DNA of 55,794 nt, counting the filler, from Basidioascus undulatus (Eukaryota): the NCBI GenBank assembly GCA_000826855.1. It is 5 parts of 5 records of this genome, joined end to end, with 100 filler letters (N's around TTAATTAATTAA, not from the genome) between each part and the next. Parts side by side here need not be neighbours in the genome. Positions count along the whole stretch, not along the records: positions 33,563 to 44,629 come from JTLS01001050.1; positions 44,730 to 55,794 come from JTLS01001051.1; 3 more parts are not named here. One strand, given 5' to 3'. The notes below the pieces were generated by a model. That model saw nothing but the letters and a program-made list of their open reading frames with translations, was not told the DNA's origin and ran no database searches. The first letter of the stretch is position 1, and each line of letters begins with the position of its first letter. Positions 36,649 to 50,292 of this stretch are shown here, piece after piece. Made by a program: the position numbers and the translations under genes.

Positions 36649-39396
36649 ATGTCGTCCCCGCCCGCGTCATCCGGCGAGCTCGTGGAAGACCAGGAGGGCT
36701 GGATACACATCGGCAACAAGCGCAAGGAGCCGCCGTCGCCCGCTTGGAAGGCGACGCAGCAGCTCCAGCAGGTGTTAATCTCCCCCGCGGGGTCTACGTC
36801 CGGGGAGACGCCAGAGACGGCGGCGGGAGCTGGCCAGGCCGCGGGCAGTGCGCGGGTAGAGAAGAGGCTGGAGAAGAAGCGGAGGAAGGCTGAGGAGAAG
36901 CGCGAGGTAAGTGAGGTGTTCGATCAGCTTTGCGTTGCGCCCAATCGGCCGGCGTTTTAGGAGGTTGAGATAATACCAACTGAGGAGGACTCCAGCTCAT
37001 GATGTATGCGAATGCAGCAACCGTCTTTCGCCTTCGACACAGCTGGCTTCAAGCGCCAGTCGCGTCTCGGCATCAACGTTCGTTCTTCCTTTGCCCAGCT
37101 GTGCGCTCAGGTCCTCCCATGTTCATCTCGTCAAACGTCCTTAGGAAGTCCGGGATCTTGCGCTGCACATCTCCGCGGATGGTACAGCCAAGCAGTGGCT
37201 GAACGTGAAGGTGCGTAGCTGTCGGACGACGCATTCGCGCAACTGCTCAAACGCTCCCGTCCACCCAGCACCGCTCCCACATCGCGCACACGCTCTTCAT
37301 CCTCGTCCCCGGCCTCATCCCCGAGCATCTCGGCATTCCGGCGCCGTCTCTCTCCCAGATCCTGCCCTTCCCCATCGCCCTCCCCGCCGCATCCTCCAAC
37401 ACCCTGCCTGCGCCCGAGGACCGTCTCCCCGTCTTCCGCCAGCTGTTTAGCCACGGCCTCCCCACGCGTGCGCCGGGCGATGCTCAGCGGCTGTACTCGC
37501 CTGCGCAGACGGTGCTGAATGCGCCCGTCCCTCCGAACGAGAAGAAGCGGCGTGAGAAGGAGAGGGAGAAGGCTGGGCAGGCAGCTGGTCAGTCTCGTCT
37601 AGCTGGTTGGAGAGAATCGAGTCTGGGCTGGACATGCTGACGCCGGATCTGGAGCAGCCAAGGCTCCCAAGCTCTCTCCTCGCTCCTTCCTGCTCGACAT
37701 CGAACAAATGCGGGATAACGGATACCCGCTGCCGTCCTGGCTCGACGGCAAGGTCTCTTTGCCCGAGTTCCCGAGCCTCGTTCCACCCTCGGCTTCTTCT
37801 GCGGGAAATGAGGACGTCGGCGAGGCCGTGCAGGACGGCGAGCCGGAGTTCGTGCTGGGCGAGGATGGGTGGCTTGAGACGCCGCAGCCGAAAGGTGGGG
37901 AGACGGGCGAGCTGAGAGTGCTTGGGATGGACTGCGAGATGGTGCGTTGGCCCGTTGCCAGTTGAAACCCGCTGCCGAAGCGTTTACACTAGTTTCGAAC
38001 AGGTCATGACAGCTGCCGGGCCAACATTGGCGCGAGCGACTATCGTCGACTTCTACTCGGGCGCCAAGATCCTCGACGAGCTCGTCAAGCCCGACGCGCG
38101 CATCACCGACTACGTGACTCGGTACGCACTTTTGACTCCCGTTCCACGCAACCTTTCTGACCTCCTCGACCTTACGCAGCTTTTCCGGCCTGACCGCCGC
38201 GCTTCTGGACCCTGTGACGCTCACGCAGCGCGACCTGCAGCGCACGCTCGCGCGGCTGCTGACGCCAACGACGATCCTCCTCGGCCACTCGCTCGAGTCG
38301 GACCTCAAGGCGCTCCGCCTGCGCCACCCGTGGGTGATCGACACCGCGCTCGCGTATGAGCACCCGCGCCGCGCGCCATACAAGCCCGGCTTGAAGTGGC
38401 TGGTGCGGAAGTGGTGCGACCGCGACATCCAGGTCGGCGAGAACGGGCACGACGCCGAGGAAGACGCGAGGGCGTGCGTGGAGCTGCTGCAGAAGAAGTT
38501 GGAGCATGGTCCGTGCGGTTGCCTTGAGGATTGGAAGGTCGGAGGAGCCGCTGACACCGTCGGATGGGTTTCCAGGCCGCTCGTTCGGATCATTCCCGTC
38601 CGACAACGAGTCGGTCTTCGTCCGACTCTCGCGCGCTCCGCCCGGTCCTGGTGCGGGACCCGGGGCGGTGGGCCGGACAGGCGCGATCGTCGATTATGGT
38701 CAGCCGGGACAGTGGCATGGCGCGAAAGCCAAGACCGCTGTGGGCTGCAAAGACGATGATGAGGTGCGTATCGCGCCTGCTTCCACCTGATCAGTAGAAG
38801 CATATAGCTCACGCCGGGCTTGTATCGCTTATAGATCATTCAAGGGCTCATTGATACCATCGACGAGCATGACTTCGTGTACGGCCGCCTGATGGAACTG
38901 TCGAACTCGCTCGGATGTACGGCATTGCTCTCTGCTTCCACAACTTCACTCTCGCCCCAATACTCATTCCAACTCGTTCTTTCACTTCACAGGGTCTCAA
39001 ACATCCAGCGACCCTCCCGAAGCTCCCATCAACACCGCGACGTCTACCACGCCCATACCTCCCTCTACGACGCCCGCCCCTCTTCCCGCCGCGGCGCCCA
39101 CCCCGCCCGACACGACGCTGTCCACAGCGCTTGCGTCGCTGAACGCGCGCATCGCCCGCCTGCACGAGGCCCTGCCTCCGCGCACAGCGCTCATCGTCCT
39201 CTCGCCGCACTCGGACCCGCGCCCCGCGCTCGCGCTCAACGCGCGCCGGCTGCGCTTCCAGGAGCTGTACAAGGCTGCCGGCGGCAAGACGCAGGACGTG
39301 CCTGAGGAGGACCGGTTCTCGACGGAGGACGACCGCAGGCTTGTGGACGAGGCGGAGAAGGCAAAGTGGGGGATGGCATTTTTCTGCGTCAAGTAG
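36649..39396 (+). CDS. RNH70: DEDDh RNA exonuclease Rex1/Rnh70
   Basis: LGMDCEM|VMT..LARATIVD..DELVKP..DYVTR|FSG; ILLGHSLESDLKALRLRHPWVIDTA; KPGLKWLVRKW; GHDAEEDARACVELL; TAG at 39394-39396. Confidence 0.93.
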
Positions 39397-39807
39397 CGGA
39401 GGCGGCGGGGATGGATGGTGCCATGGAATATTATTGAGAGTGAACTGCAGATTGGTATAGCTGTGTCGTGTGCGGTTATACCGCACCGTTTCGCGTTGGC
39501 TGGCTCAACGCCCCTTGGGCACCCAACGACTTCGAGGGGGCATGCAAACGCTTCGGCTTGGCATCACATCATCAAACACATTTGCCCGAAAGCTGGCATT
39601 CTCCATTATTCTCTGCTGGAAAACAGTTCGTTCCGCGGCTACATCATTTGTTTGTTTATCCGCCTCGGAGTCCAAGAAGATGCGGTGGACGAGGCGGTGC
39701 TGTTCAACGTGCGTTTGGCAACGTGTTCTTCATCCAGCCTTCATCTCGCGCTCTCACGGACGTACTCCTTCTCCATCGCCATTCCTTTCGCCGCCCTCGT
39801 CAAACCG

Positions 39808-40446
39808 ATGCCTTCCCTCAGTTCGGCCATATTTTTCTCATCAGTCCTCTTGCTTGCGTTCGCGGTTACGATCTTGGGCCTGCGCACTTACACGTACCGC
39901 GAGCCCCTGGAAAACCCTGGTTCGCTGCCAGACAGAATGTACTACAGCATGTTTGTGTAAGCGAATCTACGTACGCTGATTCCAGAACTTCGACTGAGCA
40001 CTTCTCCCAGCGTTCCCATCTGGACTATTCTATGGACGCTGCCCGTCGGCCTGGGAGCTCTGAGCGTATCGAGCGTATTCGGGCGCACGGCTATCCAGCT
40101 ATTCTACTGGTCCTTCACCTCAATTCTTTGGATAGGTGCGCAAGTTTCGCCCATAGTTTCCGCCCCTTCTGGTTTATGAACCGTCTGTCTCCCTCTCCCA
40201 GTTGCGGTGGCGCTCGACCTCGGCACCTCGTCCTGGTACTACGGGCTGGTCGATTTGGACTGTCCCGACGGCGCGCGTGTCTGTCAGCGCCTCAGGGCCG
40301 CGCTAATCATCGAGATCATCGGTCTGACGCTCGTGCTCCTGATGACCGTTTTGCTGGTTGTGGTTGTTGGGTTCCAGGCGATGAAGGGACGCAGGGGCAT
40401 CCTCAGGATGAATCTGAGGGAATGGGACTGGTACGGGCGGTGGTAA
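39808..40446 (+). CDS. small four-TM membrane protein (MARVEL-like topology), 3 exons
   Basis: Four hydrophobic segments, Cys pair in a loop (DCPDGARVCQRLRAAL), two GT-AG introns, TAA at 40444-40446. Confidence 0.6.
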
Positions 40447-41256
40447 GGCTTGGGCTTGGAAGAGAATAGGTCTCAAATGAAACCCTCCGTTTGTTAGCGA
40501 GCAGCCGCGAGCCTGCAGCTGCAGGCGAAGGATGTTGCCGGAAGTGCCGGAAGTGCACTTGAGCTCAACCATTGTTCAGTACCACGGTATGTTGACAGTC
40601 GTCATTTAACCGAATTCTCACAATAAGAAGGCGGATCATTGCGTGCATTGAGTGGAACGTTCACATGAAGCTCGTAATCAGACCGGGAGGCAGGCGAAGC
40701 TTGCAGACCAGCAGCGTGTTGCAAGATCATTCTCGCCGTGGAAGCCTTGACAGGGAGTAAGAGCTAGAAATAATTTGAAAAAAAAAAACATCCCTAGGTA
40801 AGAAGGTCATCACAGCCCGAATACTCCACTCGTGCGTGCGGTTTGCAAAACAGGGCTCAGCAGCTTCTCACGGCGGTTGGTCTCTAACGATCGCGTTCTA
40901 TGTCGCCGGTAGTCGTCAAGGTATTGACCGGTCCTCAAGGGCCTGTGCGGCACCACCGGAAACGTATGAGGCGGGACATGAATGGCCATTCCCAAGCCGT
41001 AGAGCATCATTCCGCTGCACATTCATACAGCTTGATTTGCCGCACCCGGGTGTTGGACGTCGACGAGCTAAATCACAGCAGCCAACAGCAGGGGGTGTTC
41101 AGATTGTTTCTTGTATTGGTATGAATAAAAGAGCGACGCAACCCAAGGAGTGACTCTAGAGCGGTACAAATTATTCTATAACGATTGCGGTTGCAAATGA
41201 CTCATTCGAACGATAGCAATCTAGAGACGCGAATCCCCCGTCGTCTGGTCCCGCCT

Positions 41257-43218
41257 TCACACCGGGCTGTCCGAAGACTTCTCGTCATCCTCGCGCATCT
41301 TAAGAGCGGGCCAAGCAAGCGAGTCGGAGACCGACTCGTGCTCAGACGGGGGTGGCCCATGCGAGGTGAGGTGCGGAAGAGCGACAAGGCTGCCGTTGTG
41401 ATCGACGTCCCGGCGGTTTCGACCTGAACGCGGATGTCGAGCGCTGTGTCCATGAAAATTAGCCTCGGGCCAAGATCCTGCTGGATTGCGCAATCAATAC
41501 ATACGCATGTCGTCGGCATCGGGATCACGTTTCGTCCCAAAGCGAGGTGCAGTGACACGCGAAATGCTGAACGTCCCGTGGCCATTTTTGCCAGTGCTCA
41601 CTCCACGCGACTTGGACTTGGATCGGCTGCGGTCGCGCGAGGTGCTGCTCAGGCTGGTAATCTCGCCCCCATCGCCTGTAAAGATGCCTTTTGTGAGCTG
41701 ATAGGACAGAGCCAAGAAGATTGACGGCAGGAGGCCAGTTGCGCACGTTGCAGACTGAGGATGAGTTTTTGGGACATAATCTGTTTTTGAAAGCAGCCGT
41801 CCATCAGTAATGCTTTGAGCAATCCTGAAACGAATTGCAAAATACCATGGTCATGGTGAGGGCGAGCGGCGCGCCGAGACCCTGCGTGATAAAGACTGTT
41901 AAAGAACAGACGAGACCGCAACAGATACGTATAACGCACTTGGACGACTGAATCGCTCTGAGCCATCAAAGCGGAGTTGACAATGTTCACCACTAGAATA
42001 TTCGGTGAGCACACTAAAAAGGTGTGGGATGTTCCGAGTTGAACTCCACTCACATGCACAGGCAGCGAAATACAAAACGCCCTGTAAACGGTTGAGTGAG
42101 CACACGGCCGTCATTTAAGTGAAGATAACTCACATGTTTGACAATAGTCTTGGTGAAGGTCGAGCTGCAGCCAGGCCATGCTCGTTAGGACATCTGAGAG
42201 AAAGCCGCTATCTCGAGAAGCGTGACGAACTGTCCGCTGTCCCGCACTGAGGCATGGATTGCCCAGGTCGATACGATGCAGGCGACCAGGTCGAAAACCC
42301 TGTGGCAGTCTTCTCAGTCAAGCGTAGCCAGACGGTATACGGAATATTCACAGAACAGCGACATAAAATCTACCAGCGCCATTACGAGTCAATACGGGTC
42401 GATGAGTGTGAGGAAGCCTTCTTACATCCAAGAGATGTCCATTCCAGCGGATGTTGCACTCGTGCATTCCCCAAGCGTGCTGATCGGGCGACGGCCGTAG
42501 GTCACCCCCACGATCATGGGCTGCCAAATGCAAAGCTGTTCAGACAGAGGCCATGCGCATCCCGGTTAGGATTGACTCACGGCCAAGCAAGCGAAGAAGA
42601 ACGCTCCCAGCACCCAGTGCGCCCACTTGTAGCGTTTCGCGATGGCAGTTGTGCTGGCGATGCGCACAACTCAACAAGGGCAGTCCTATTGCGCCAGTCT
42701 GAGACTGCTACTCACCGGAAGTAGATGATTCCTTGGGAGGGCAGCGTGGCGAACACTGCAGATTGAAGAGAAGTCAGTGGAACTACCTCCTGCCTAGCCT
42801 GACTGATCCAACACACGTTTAGTTATAGGAGCGGCTCGATAGTACTGCTCGCAAGACTCCGGTGTAAAGTGCCTTGCGAAGAAGCCTGTGGCGTTGACCA
42901 CGATGGCCACAACGCTGAGGTATCGAACGAGTATAAAAAAGACTTGGTGGTAATATCAGCAATAGAGGGCCCCAGACCACCCGAAGTAGGACGGTGCTCA
43001 CAACATCCGATCGTGAGCTACCTGAGTTCACGAGCTTTCCGGTACAGCCTGTATTCACCCGGAATGGTGTCTAAAAAGTCCCAAGCCGCAATGGAGTATG
43101 CTGCCACTCGTATATAGGCCTGGAAAGAGAAGAAGTAACTCGTGAGCCGTTGGGATCGGAAGACTCAAGGAAGGCTGCTCACGCTGATGTTTTCGTTCGT
43201 TGGACCTGCGGTGCTCAT
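41257..43218 (-). CDS. basidiomycete multi-TM membrane protein (DUF6533-like N-terminus), many small exons
   Basis: MSTAGPTNENIS|AYIRVAAYSIAAWDFLDTIPGEYRLYRK; TKTIVKH|GVLYFAAC; IMSQKLILSLQ; Ser-rich tail; probable -1 frameshift near 41415. Confidence 0.65.
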
Positions 43219-43668
43219 GGTGGCTAGTAGCATGCTCGAGTAGACCACAGAGCGTTCGGAGTGCAGTTCAATGGAGGGAGAGAAGTGGGAATGCAAGAGA
43301 GGAAGTGCGGCAGAGAGAGGGGGTGGTGGGCTCCCCTTTCACCCCGGACATCAATCTTCGCTCGTGATCTTCGCTCGTGAAAGCAGGCCCCATGTGTGAG
43401 TGTGTTCCCCAGATGCGGGGTACTACATTTATGGTACCGAGAAATGCAGCGTGAGCCAGGCACCGACGCGCGAGCAGGGGAACAAAGGTCCAAGCGCCCG
43501 AAGGTGTACATACTTGCGATTAAATGTGCACCCACTGCAGATCCCGGTCCTAGTCTGAAAGGAATGAACGGGCGAAGCGGAAGCTGACAGGTGCTTGCGC
43601 TTGAAAATCGGAAACTAGAGCGCTCAGCGGGCCGCGCTGCGCGGAGAGGGTTCGTGGAACAGACTCAC

Positions 43669-44229
43669 ATTCTCCGATCACGTCTGCCTGACCGCGGCGC
43701 ACAGTCTCCGGCTTCGGATACTTCTGGTTTAAGTGAAAAGGGATACGACCCGGTGAGTTTCCTGACTGGCCAGTACAGAATGAGCGCCGGGCGTACCTCT
43801 GGAGACGTAACGAGGATGTGATTGAGCGCTTTGATGTCGGTCATGTAGAGGCGTGGCGCCCCGAGCAAGCCCTAGAAGAAGGACTCCCTAAGTCTTCGAC
43901 GACGGCAGACGTCCCGTGAGGATGGGAGGACGGACCATGTAGATGAACGTGCCGCCGTACTCCTTCGCCCACTTGCGGTGCATCTCCAAAGACTCTGCCC
44001 TATAGACCGTCGTGACCCCGCGCTTCTCAGCCGCGACGAACAATCAAATAAAAAAGCTGTCTTAGGAACGAATTTTTACCCGATGATAGACTTGATGTTC
44101 CCCCAAAACAGGCTCGCCCCCTTCGGGGACGTTGGACGTCAAGGCGAGACGGGGTTCCAGATACAGGCGGTGAGCCAGCCAGCTCAGCACGACAAGGAGA
44201 AAGGCAATCAAAATTTGGAGCGTAAGCAT
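43669..44229 (-). pseudogene. cytochrome P450 N-terminal fragment only
   Basis: TM anchor MLTLQILIAFLLVVLSWLAHRLY; HRKWAKEYGGTFIYM|GLLGAPRLYMTDIKALNHILVTSPE|KYPKPETVRR; no ExxR or heme FxxGxxxC motif before the next gene. Confidence 0.7.
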
Positions 44230-44629
44230 TTTGGTGGGGTGTCTGGGTAGGAGGGGTGATGAAAGTGGATGAAAGCCAACTTGGATAGCTATCACGAACG
44301 CCAGAAATGATGTGCGACCCGGAGTCAAACCCGCAGTTCCGCATTCAAGCCAGCACGCCGACCTCGGCGGTGCAGGAGACCGAACCTCGCAACGGAGAGC
44401 AGATCACCAATTGCCTTTTCGCAGCGATAATTACATGATTTCATAATCTAGCAGTCGCGACCGCTTCGCCAAAAAGGGGCATGGTCGCCTCATCTCGTTC
44501 ACCCGCTGTGTCCCTATGGTGCTGTTCCATCAACGTACACACGAGATAGCGTTCGCGGTCACCGAGTCCGAGGGTGCGTGCTCCGACCGCCCCTACCGCT
44601 ACCGCCGTACTCGGTCACCAGGTGTCGAT

Positions 44630-44729
44630 NNNNNNNNNNNNNNNNNNNNNNNNNNNNNNNNNNNNNNNNNNNNTTAATTAATTAANNNNNNNNNNNNNNN
44701 NNNNNNNNNNNNNNNNNNNNNNNNNNNNN
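44630..44729. other. artificial contig linker
   Basis: N44-TTAATTAATTAA-N44. Confidence 0.99.
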
Positions 44730-46558
44730 GTTGAGTTTTTGGGGGCGGGTTCAGGGGAGGGCGAGCGCGAGGAGGGAGGCGGGTAGTCGTTGTCTGCAGT
44801 TCGTTGGGACGCGTAATGAGCTTGATTAAGACAGAGAAGTGGTGTGAGAGATACAAGCAACAACGCACCCGAAGCGAAAAACGGATCGTCAAACCCTTCC
44901 GCATCAGCTGCGTCGGCCCTGGGCGCCTGCTGCTCATCCCCGCTGTCCGCGACCCTCTCGCCGCGCTTCGTCGCATCCCTCTTCTCCTTCCGCCTTGCCT
45001 TCCGCTCCCGCTCCTTCCTCTTATACCGCTCCAGCGTCGTCTCCTCCCTCTCCCCATCGCTTCCCTCCTCCAGCGCCTTCCGCTCGCTCAGGCCGGGCGC
45101 GAACGTAACCTCCATCTCGCCCTGCGCCTGCCCGCGCCCGCCGTGCACATCCGGTGCGCCGTTGCCCAGCGCGGCACGGAGGAGCGCGGCCCGGCGAGCG
45201 TTCTCAGCTTCGTCTTCGGACTCCTCAGAGTCGGACGCCAGGTACGCTTTGAAGTCGGCTTGGTCGATCTCGGCTTTAGTCAGGCGCTTGCGCGTGATGG
45301 CGTTCCGATTCGCGTCGTCGGCGTCCCAGGTCAGCTGGACTTTGGAGTGTCGGAGGGCCTGTAGACCGCACGGGATCAATTCAGCTTCGATGCTAGTGGT
45401 CGGAGGTGAGGGACAATAAATAAAGACGCACGGAAGTGACGAAGTCCACGCCCTTGTACCCCTCCGACCCAGTGTCCGCCTCGTCCCGCAGATCGGCCTC
45501 GTCGAACGTAACGTCGTTCGGGACGACCGAGAAGTTCAGAAGGTTAGCCGTGCGCTCGAGCTCGGTGTTGTTCGCCTCGGTCAGGAGGTAGCCGGACGCC
45601 TTGGCCGAGGACGTGTGGACGACAGCGTAGTGGTACCTGTTTCGTCACGCAGGGACCATCAGTAACAGTCCCTGTTTATATGCCTTCACATCCAATCCAA
45701 GAAAAGGAATACTCACTTGAGACGGTCAAGCTGGTACCTCCTCAGCGCGTCCTCGTCGTTCTCCTTCCCCTTCTCCGCCTTCCGCTTCCCGCTCGGCACG
45801 CCCGCAAGCTGCGGCCCGCTGCGTTCTTCCTCCTCCATGCGCTTCTTCCCAAACTCGCTCTTGAACACCTCCACCTTGACCAGCCTCCCGCCGGGCGGCG
45901 CGTCCGCTTGGTCGAGGACGGAAGACAGCGCGACGTAGAGGTCCTGCGCGGTGAGGTTGTCCCAGTCGAGGTTAGTCAGCGCCAGGCGCTTGGTCGGCGG
46001 GATGTCCCCCGACCCCTCGTCCGCGCCCTCGTCCTCGTCATCAGAGAGAGCGGGCGCAGGGGAAGGGGAGCGGGAGTAGTCGGAGAGGGAGGCGGAGGTG
46101 GAGATGGAGGGGGAGCGCGAGCGCGGGCCTAGGGCGAGCTCGGCGTCGGAATCTGAGTCGGACTCGGACGAGCCGGAATCGGTGTCGGTTGTGGAGTCGT
46201 CGGAGTGAGGAAGGATCACCTCGCCGCGGGCGTAGTCTGGGACGCGGGCAGCCGCAGACGTGGACGCCTCCTTGTCCTCGTCAACCTCGTCGCCCTCGAG
46301 CCGGTAGAAGCGTCGGAGCTCTTCCCGATCCTTGTCCTTGCCGACCTTTCGGCCGTACCTATCAAGGCGCCGCTTGCCTGTGCGAATCCAAACGTTCAGC
46401 AGACAATCCTCCAGCGGTCTCAAGAAGGACTTGGACGCACCAGAAGACGAGTCGAACAGGCCCTTGAACCGGTCATCGACCGCGATCTTGGTGTCCCGCA
46501 CCTTCTGCCGATGGAATCGCGGGTCCACTGACGATTTGGAGAATCGTGGATCGGACAT
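44730..46558 (-). CDS. ESF1: pre-rRNA processing factor Esf1, 3' end cut by the contig end
   Basis: MSDPRFSKSSVDPRF..IAVDDRFKGLF; DYARGE; TKRLALTNLDWDNL; SEFGKKRMEEEERSGP; ALRRYQLDRL|YHYAVV; ELERTANLLNFSVVP; ALRHSKVQLTWD; DFKAYLAS. Confidence 0.95.
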
Positions 46559-47137
46559 GATTGTGGAAATGAGTGTGTGAGTGGTGGGAAGGGAGGCGGC
46601 AACTTGCCTTCCAAATTCCGTCGGCTTTACAAAAGCTGCACGTGACGAGAAGGCTCCGAAATGAATTCAGTGCCTCGTCAGTTCCACCATTGACGGCCCC
46701 TCCTTGCAAAAGATAGGGTGAATAAGAAAGTACAAACTCAGTCTTTGTTACAGCTGAGAGGCTAAGCATGACGTTTCGGGAGAGATTGAGAGCTTCAAAT
46801 TGGTTCGGATGCTCCATGATCATTCCTTACATCGAATGATGCTCTCTCAGACGCAGCACATTGAGCGGCTATAGCGGCACTGGGATGTTCTACTCGAAGA
46901 AGTAGCCCAAAGAAAAGAAGATCTAGTGACAGTGATGGACCAATTTCACTGCAGACCAGTGGCCGGGACGAGGAGAACACCTCGGAGAAGGCCTGCTTCA
47001 ACGACAGCACCTTGACCGACCATGAGCGGACCCACCTGAAGCGAACTTCCCTCTTGATCGAAATCAGTATAGTGCATGCCACCACGAAGGAACATCAGAA
47101 ATGCGAACGGCCGCGCAGGAGAAAACCAGATTCATAA

Positions 47138-48035
47138 CTACAGTTCAATCTCGCGTATGTCCCCATCGATCTCCTGGAAACAAAGCACACATCCTATCCG
47201 CATAGTGCAGGATTGCAAGCAGTCCCCACAGTACAGATGCCCGCATTCAGGCGCATAGACTCCCGCGCCCGGGCGGTTCAGAGGCTCGCGGCAGGCCCAG
47301 CATTTGTGGATGACCATCACGCCGAGCTCGCGAAGGAGGTCGCGCGTGAGGTCGGACTGCGGTAAGCGGGTGGGGTGTAGGGACATCGAAACGAGGAGGT
47401 TCGAGATGTGGGTGATGGTATCGGCGTTCGGCGCGGGGTGCACAGGAGCGGAAGGCGCGGTCGAGTCCGAGTGCGAGATGCGGACGAGAGAGAGCGACGA
47501 GACACCTGCGCAGCACCGCTGACGCTCGCGCACTTCTGGAGCTATTGACAACGCGAGCGAAGCCGGTGCGGACGATGACTTCAGGCGAACGACTGTGGGG
47601 ACGGGACTGCGCTTGAGACGCTCGAGCAGGTGATGCACCGCTCCTCGTTTGAGGACGAGGGGGAGAGGCGGATCGAAAGCGACAGCGATGCCCGTGTGGG
47701 CTGGGCTATTACCGGCGAGGGCGAAGCTGAGGATCGGGAACGGAGCGCAACGACAATGCAGCAGCTTGGACAGGGGTACAGCGGCCGTGTTGTAAATGCT
47801 AGAAACGGTATAGCTTTCAGCTGATAGGATCACTCAAGATGTTTCAAGTGTCTTGCGTACCGCATTAAGCGCCTCCGGCGAAATTCTGTTCGGCAACCGA
47901 AGCAATACGCGTGGCCGTTCGAGACGTGAGGTGATTTCGCTTCGCATGTCAGTCCACCATCCACCTGTCACATGGTGCGCAGTAGTGATTCTGTGGATGT
48001 TGGGGCTGTCAACGAACACTCCGCCGGCGAAGCGC
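47138..48035 (-). CDS. C-terminal RING-finger (C3HC4) protein, 5' end unresolved
   Basis: CWAC..APECGHLYCGDC..CVLC at the C-terminus; upstream exons flanked by intron signals. Confidence 0.65.
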
Positions 48036-48340
48036 TGCAAAACATGTCAGCATGGAGAGCACGACCGACCTCCAGCTGGCGGAGTGGTCAATTTGCTCGT
48101 GGTCGTGTCGAATCCGGGGGGAGAATCGTCCAGCGCAGCGCGGAGCCTTGCATTCGTAGCGAAGGGATTGTTGGCGCGACATTTGTCGGGTGGGCGGTTG
48201 GGGATGAAAATACACGCTGTTGAAGACAAGGTGGTGGCGCTTGTATCCGCGGATGATCTCGGACAGTCTGCGGGTCAAGACCACCGCTCACGCTCGCCCT
48301 CAACCGCCTTCTCCCAACCCATAGCAGCGCGTATTTCATC

Positions 48341-49959
48341 ATGGCGAGGCATTCCAGAAACATCACAGCAAACCCGGTCTACTCGTGCGTACATTCCAAC
48401 CCGAAGACTCGATTCCCCCATCAGGCTTGACGACTGACCGCCACCGCGACAGATACGCCGAGAAGCGTCCGTGACGCCCGTACCTCCCTTCAATGTTGCT
48501 TCGATGCTGACCTGGGCCAGCTTACAGAAAAGCTCGAGTACGGAACCAAGAAACAGCGCGTCGGCTCGGAGTCTCTGCGGCGCTTTGACGCCTGCGCGCT
48601 GTGCCTCCAGCGTGCCCGAGACGCCGTCATCACCAGCTCGGGCATCATCTTTTGCCGGGTGCGCCCCGTCGCGTCGCCCACCTTCCCCCCAGCCTACCTG
48701 ACTCCGAAGCTTCATTCAGGAATGCATCTACACGGATCTTCTCGAGCAGAAGAAGTCGATCAAGCGGCAGAAGACGCTGATGGAGAAGCTCGCGCGGGAG
48801 GAGGAGGCGGAGGAGGAGAAGGCGCGCCTCGAGGCGCGCGAGCGCGTCCTGGCCGACTTTGAGCGCAGCCAGCTCGGGCTGGGCTTGGGCAGCGCGTCGG
48901 CGGGTGTTGTGGGGGGGAAGGAGGATGCGAAGAAGGAGAAGCGCGCGATTGAGATGACGGGTCCTTCGGCTTGTGAACGTACGCCCCACCTCTCCTACCT
49001 CCAGTGCTTTTGATGGATGTTCGTTCCGTAACTTATGTTGAGGATATCGGGGTACAGCACGCGGAACGAAGCGCAAGCTCGACCTCTCTCCGACCCACAT
49101 CTCTCGCCTGCAATCAGCCGCAGAGGACGCGGCGCTCGAGCAGATCCGCGCCGAGCAGCGCGAGGCGCGCAAGGCCAAGCTCCCCAGCTTCTGGCTGTCG
49201 AGCCTGACGCCTGAGGCCGGGTCGGACAAGCTCAAGGAACTCGCCAACAGCAAGCTCGAGACGATGTGTCGCGTCGCGGACCCGCCGCACCCGCTGTCGT
49301 GAGTCGTCTGGTCTTGCTCGGAACGAGAAGGGGCGGCAAGGACATGCTCGTGGGTGGTCACCGTGACTGGGCTGGTCGGGGAGCGGTTGAACAAACCGCG
49401 AGTGAAGCGCCAATTGCTGACGATCACTGTGCCTCGTCTTTCCTGGCAGCATCAAGCAGCTCATCTCCGTCAAGTTCCGCTCCGCCGACTCTCCCTCCAC
49501 GTCCAAGAACTCCACGCCCGCTTCCTCAAGCGCCTCCGCAGCACGCATCGGGGACGAGCCAACGCTGGTGTGCGCGTCCTGCTCAAAGACGCTCACGAAC
49601 GCAGTGATCATGTTCGGTGCGTCGCCTTGCCCTAGTGCCTGAAACGTCGGCCTCCATGCTGAATTTCCTGGAACCCGGTTACGTAGTGCACAAGGACTGC
49701 GGCAACGTGGTGTGCAAGACGTGCGTCGACACGCTCGTTAAGCCGTCGAAGCAGTGCCCGGTCTGCGACGGACCGGCCAAGGACAAGGACTTGATTCAGG
49801 TCAAGGTGGAGGGTGCGTTGCTGTCGAATAGATTGCCCGCTACGTGAAAGGGATCCATGCTAACGAGATGCACACGGCGGTTCGCTTCCAGGTACCGGTT
49901 TCGCGGCGGGCGGTCAAGCAGAGGTCAAGCAGCGCTCCAACATGCTCTCGCTCAATTAG
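48341..49959 (+). CDS. NOSIP: NOSIP-like (nitric oxide synthase-interacting protein) RING/U-box protein
   Basis: MARHSRNITANPVYS|YAEKQ|KLEYGTKKQRVGSESLRRFDACALCLQRAR..FCR|ECIYTDLLEQKK; KLPSFWLSSLTP; CGNVVCKTC..CPVC; GTGFAAGG; TAG at 49957-49959. Confidence 0.92.
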
Positions 49960-50292
49960 GCTCTTTCTCGGCTTGGATCGCTGTATTTTCATGACGATTG
50001 TATAAGCTGTACAACATACCAGATTGTCGCCTTGGGTATGCCCCGTCGTCTGCGCGGGAAAGAAACGGTCCATGAAGGAGACAGGCCCGCTGCGCAGAAA
50101 CTCGGCGGCTTCAGGCCCGCTCGTTGACAACTTCCGCAACTGCTGTCGAATGCTGATGATTTGAGAAATTGATGTGCAGCCCAAGCCCAGGTCCGCCAAT
50201 CAAATGGCGTGCCAAAAGTACTACTTGACGAGACAAACGGGCGGTGCGGAACTTCGCGTCGGGGGCCGTTTGCCCCTTCGTCCGCAACCACC

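Noticed and set aside
41490..41500. In-frame TGA (MRMY*LRN) as selenocysteine or readthrough
   Set aside because: Lies inside a normal GTATGT..CTAAT..CAG intron
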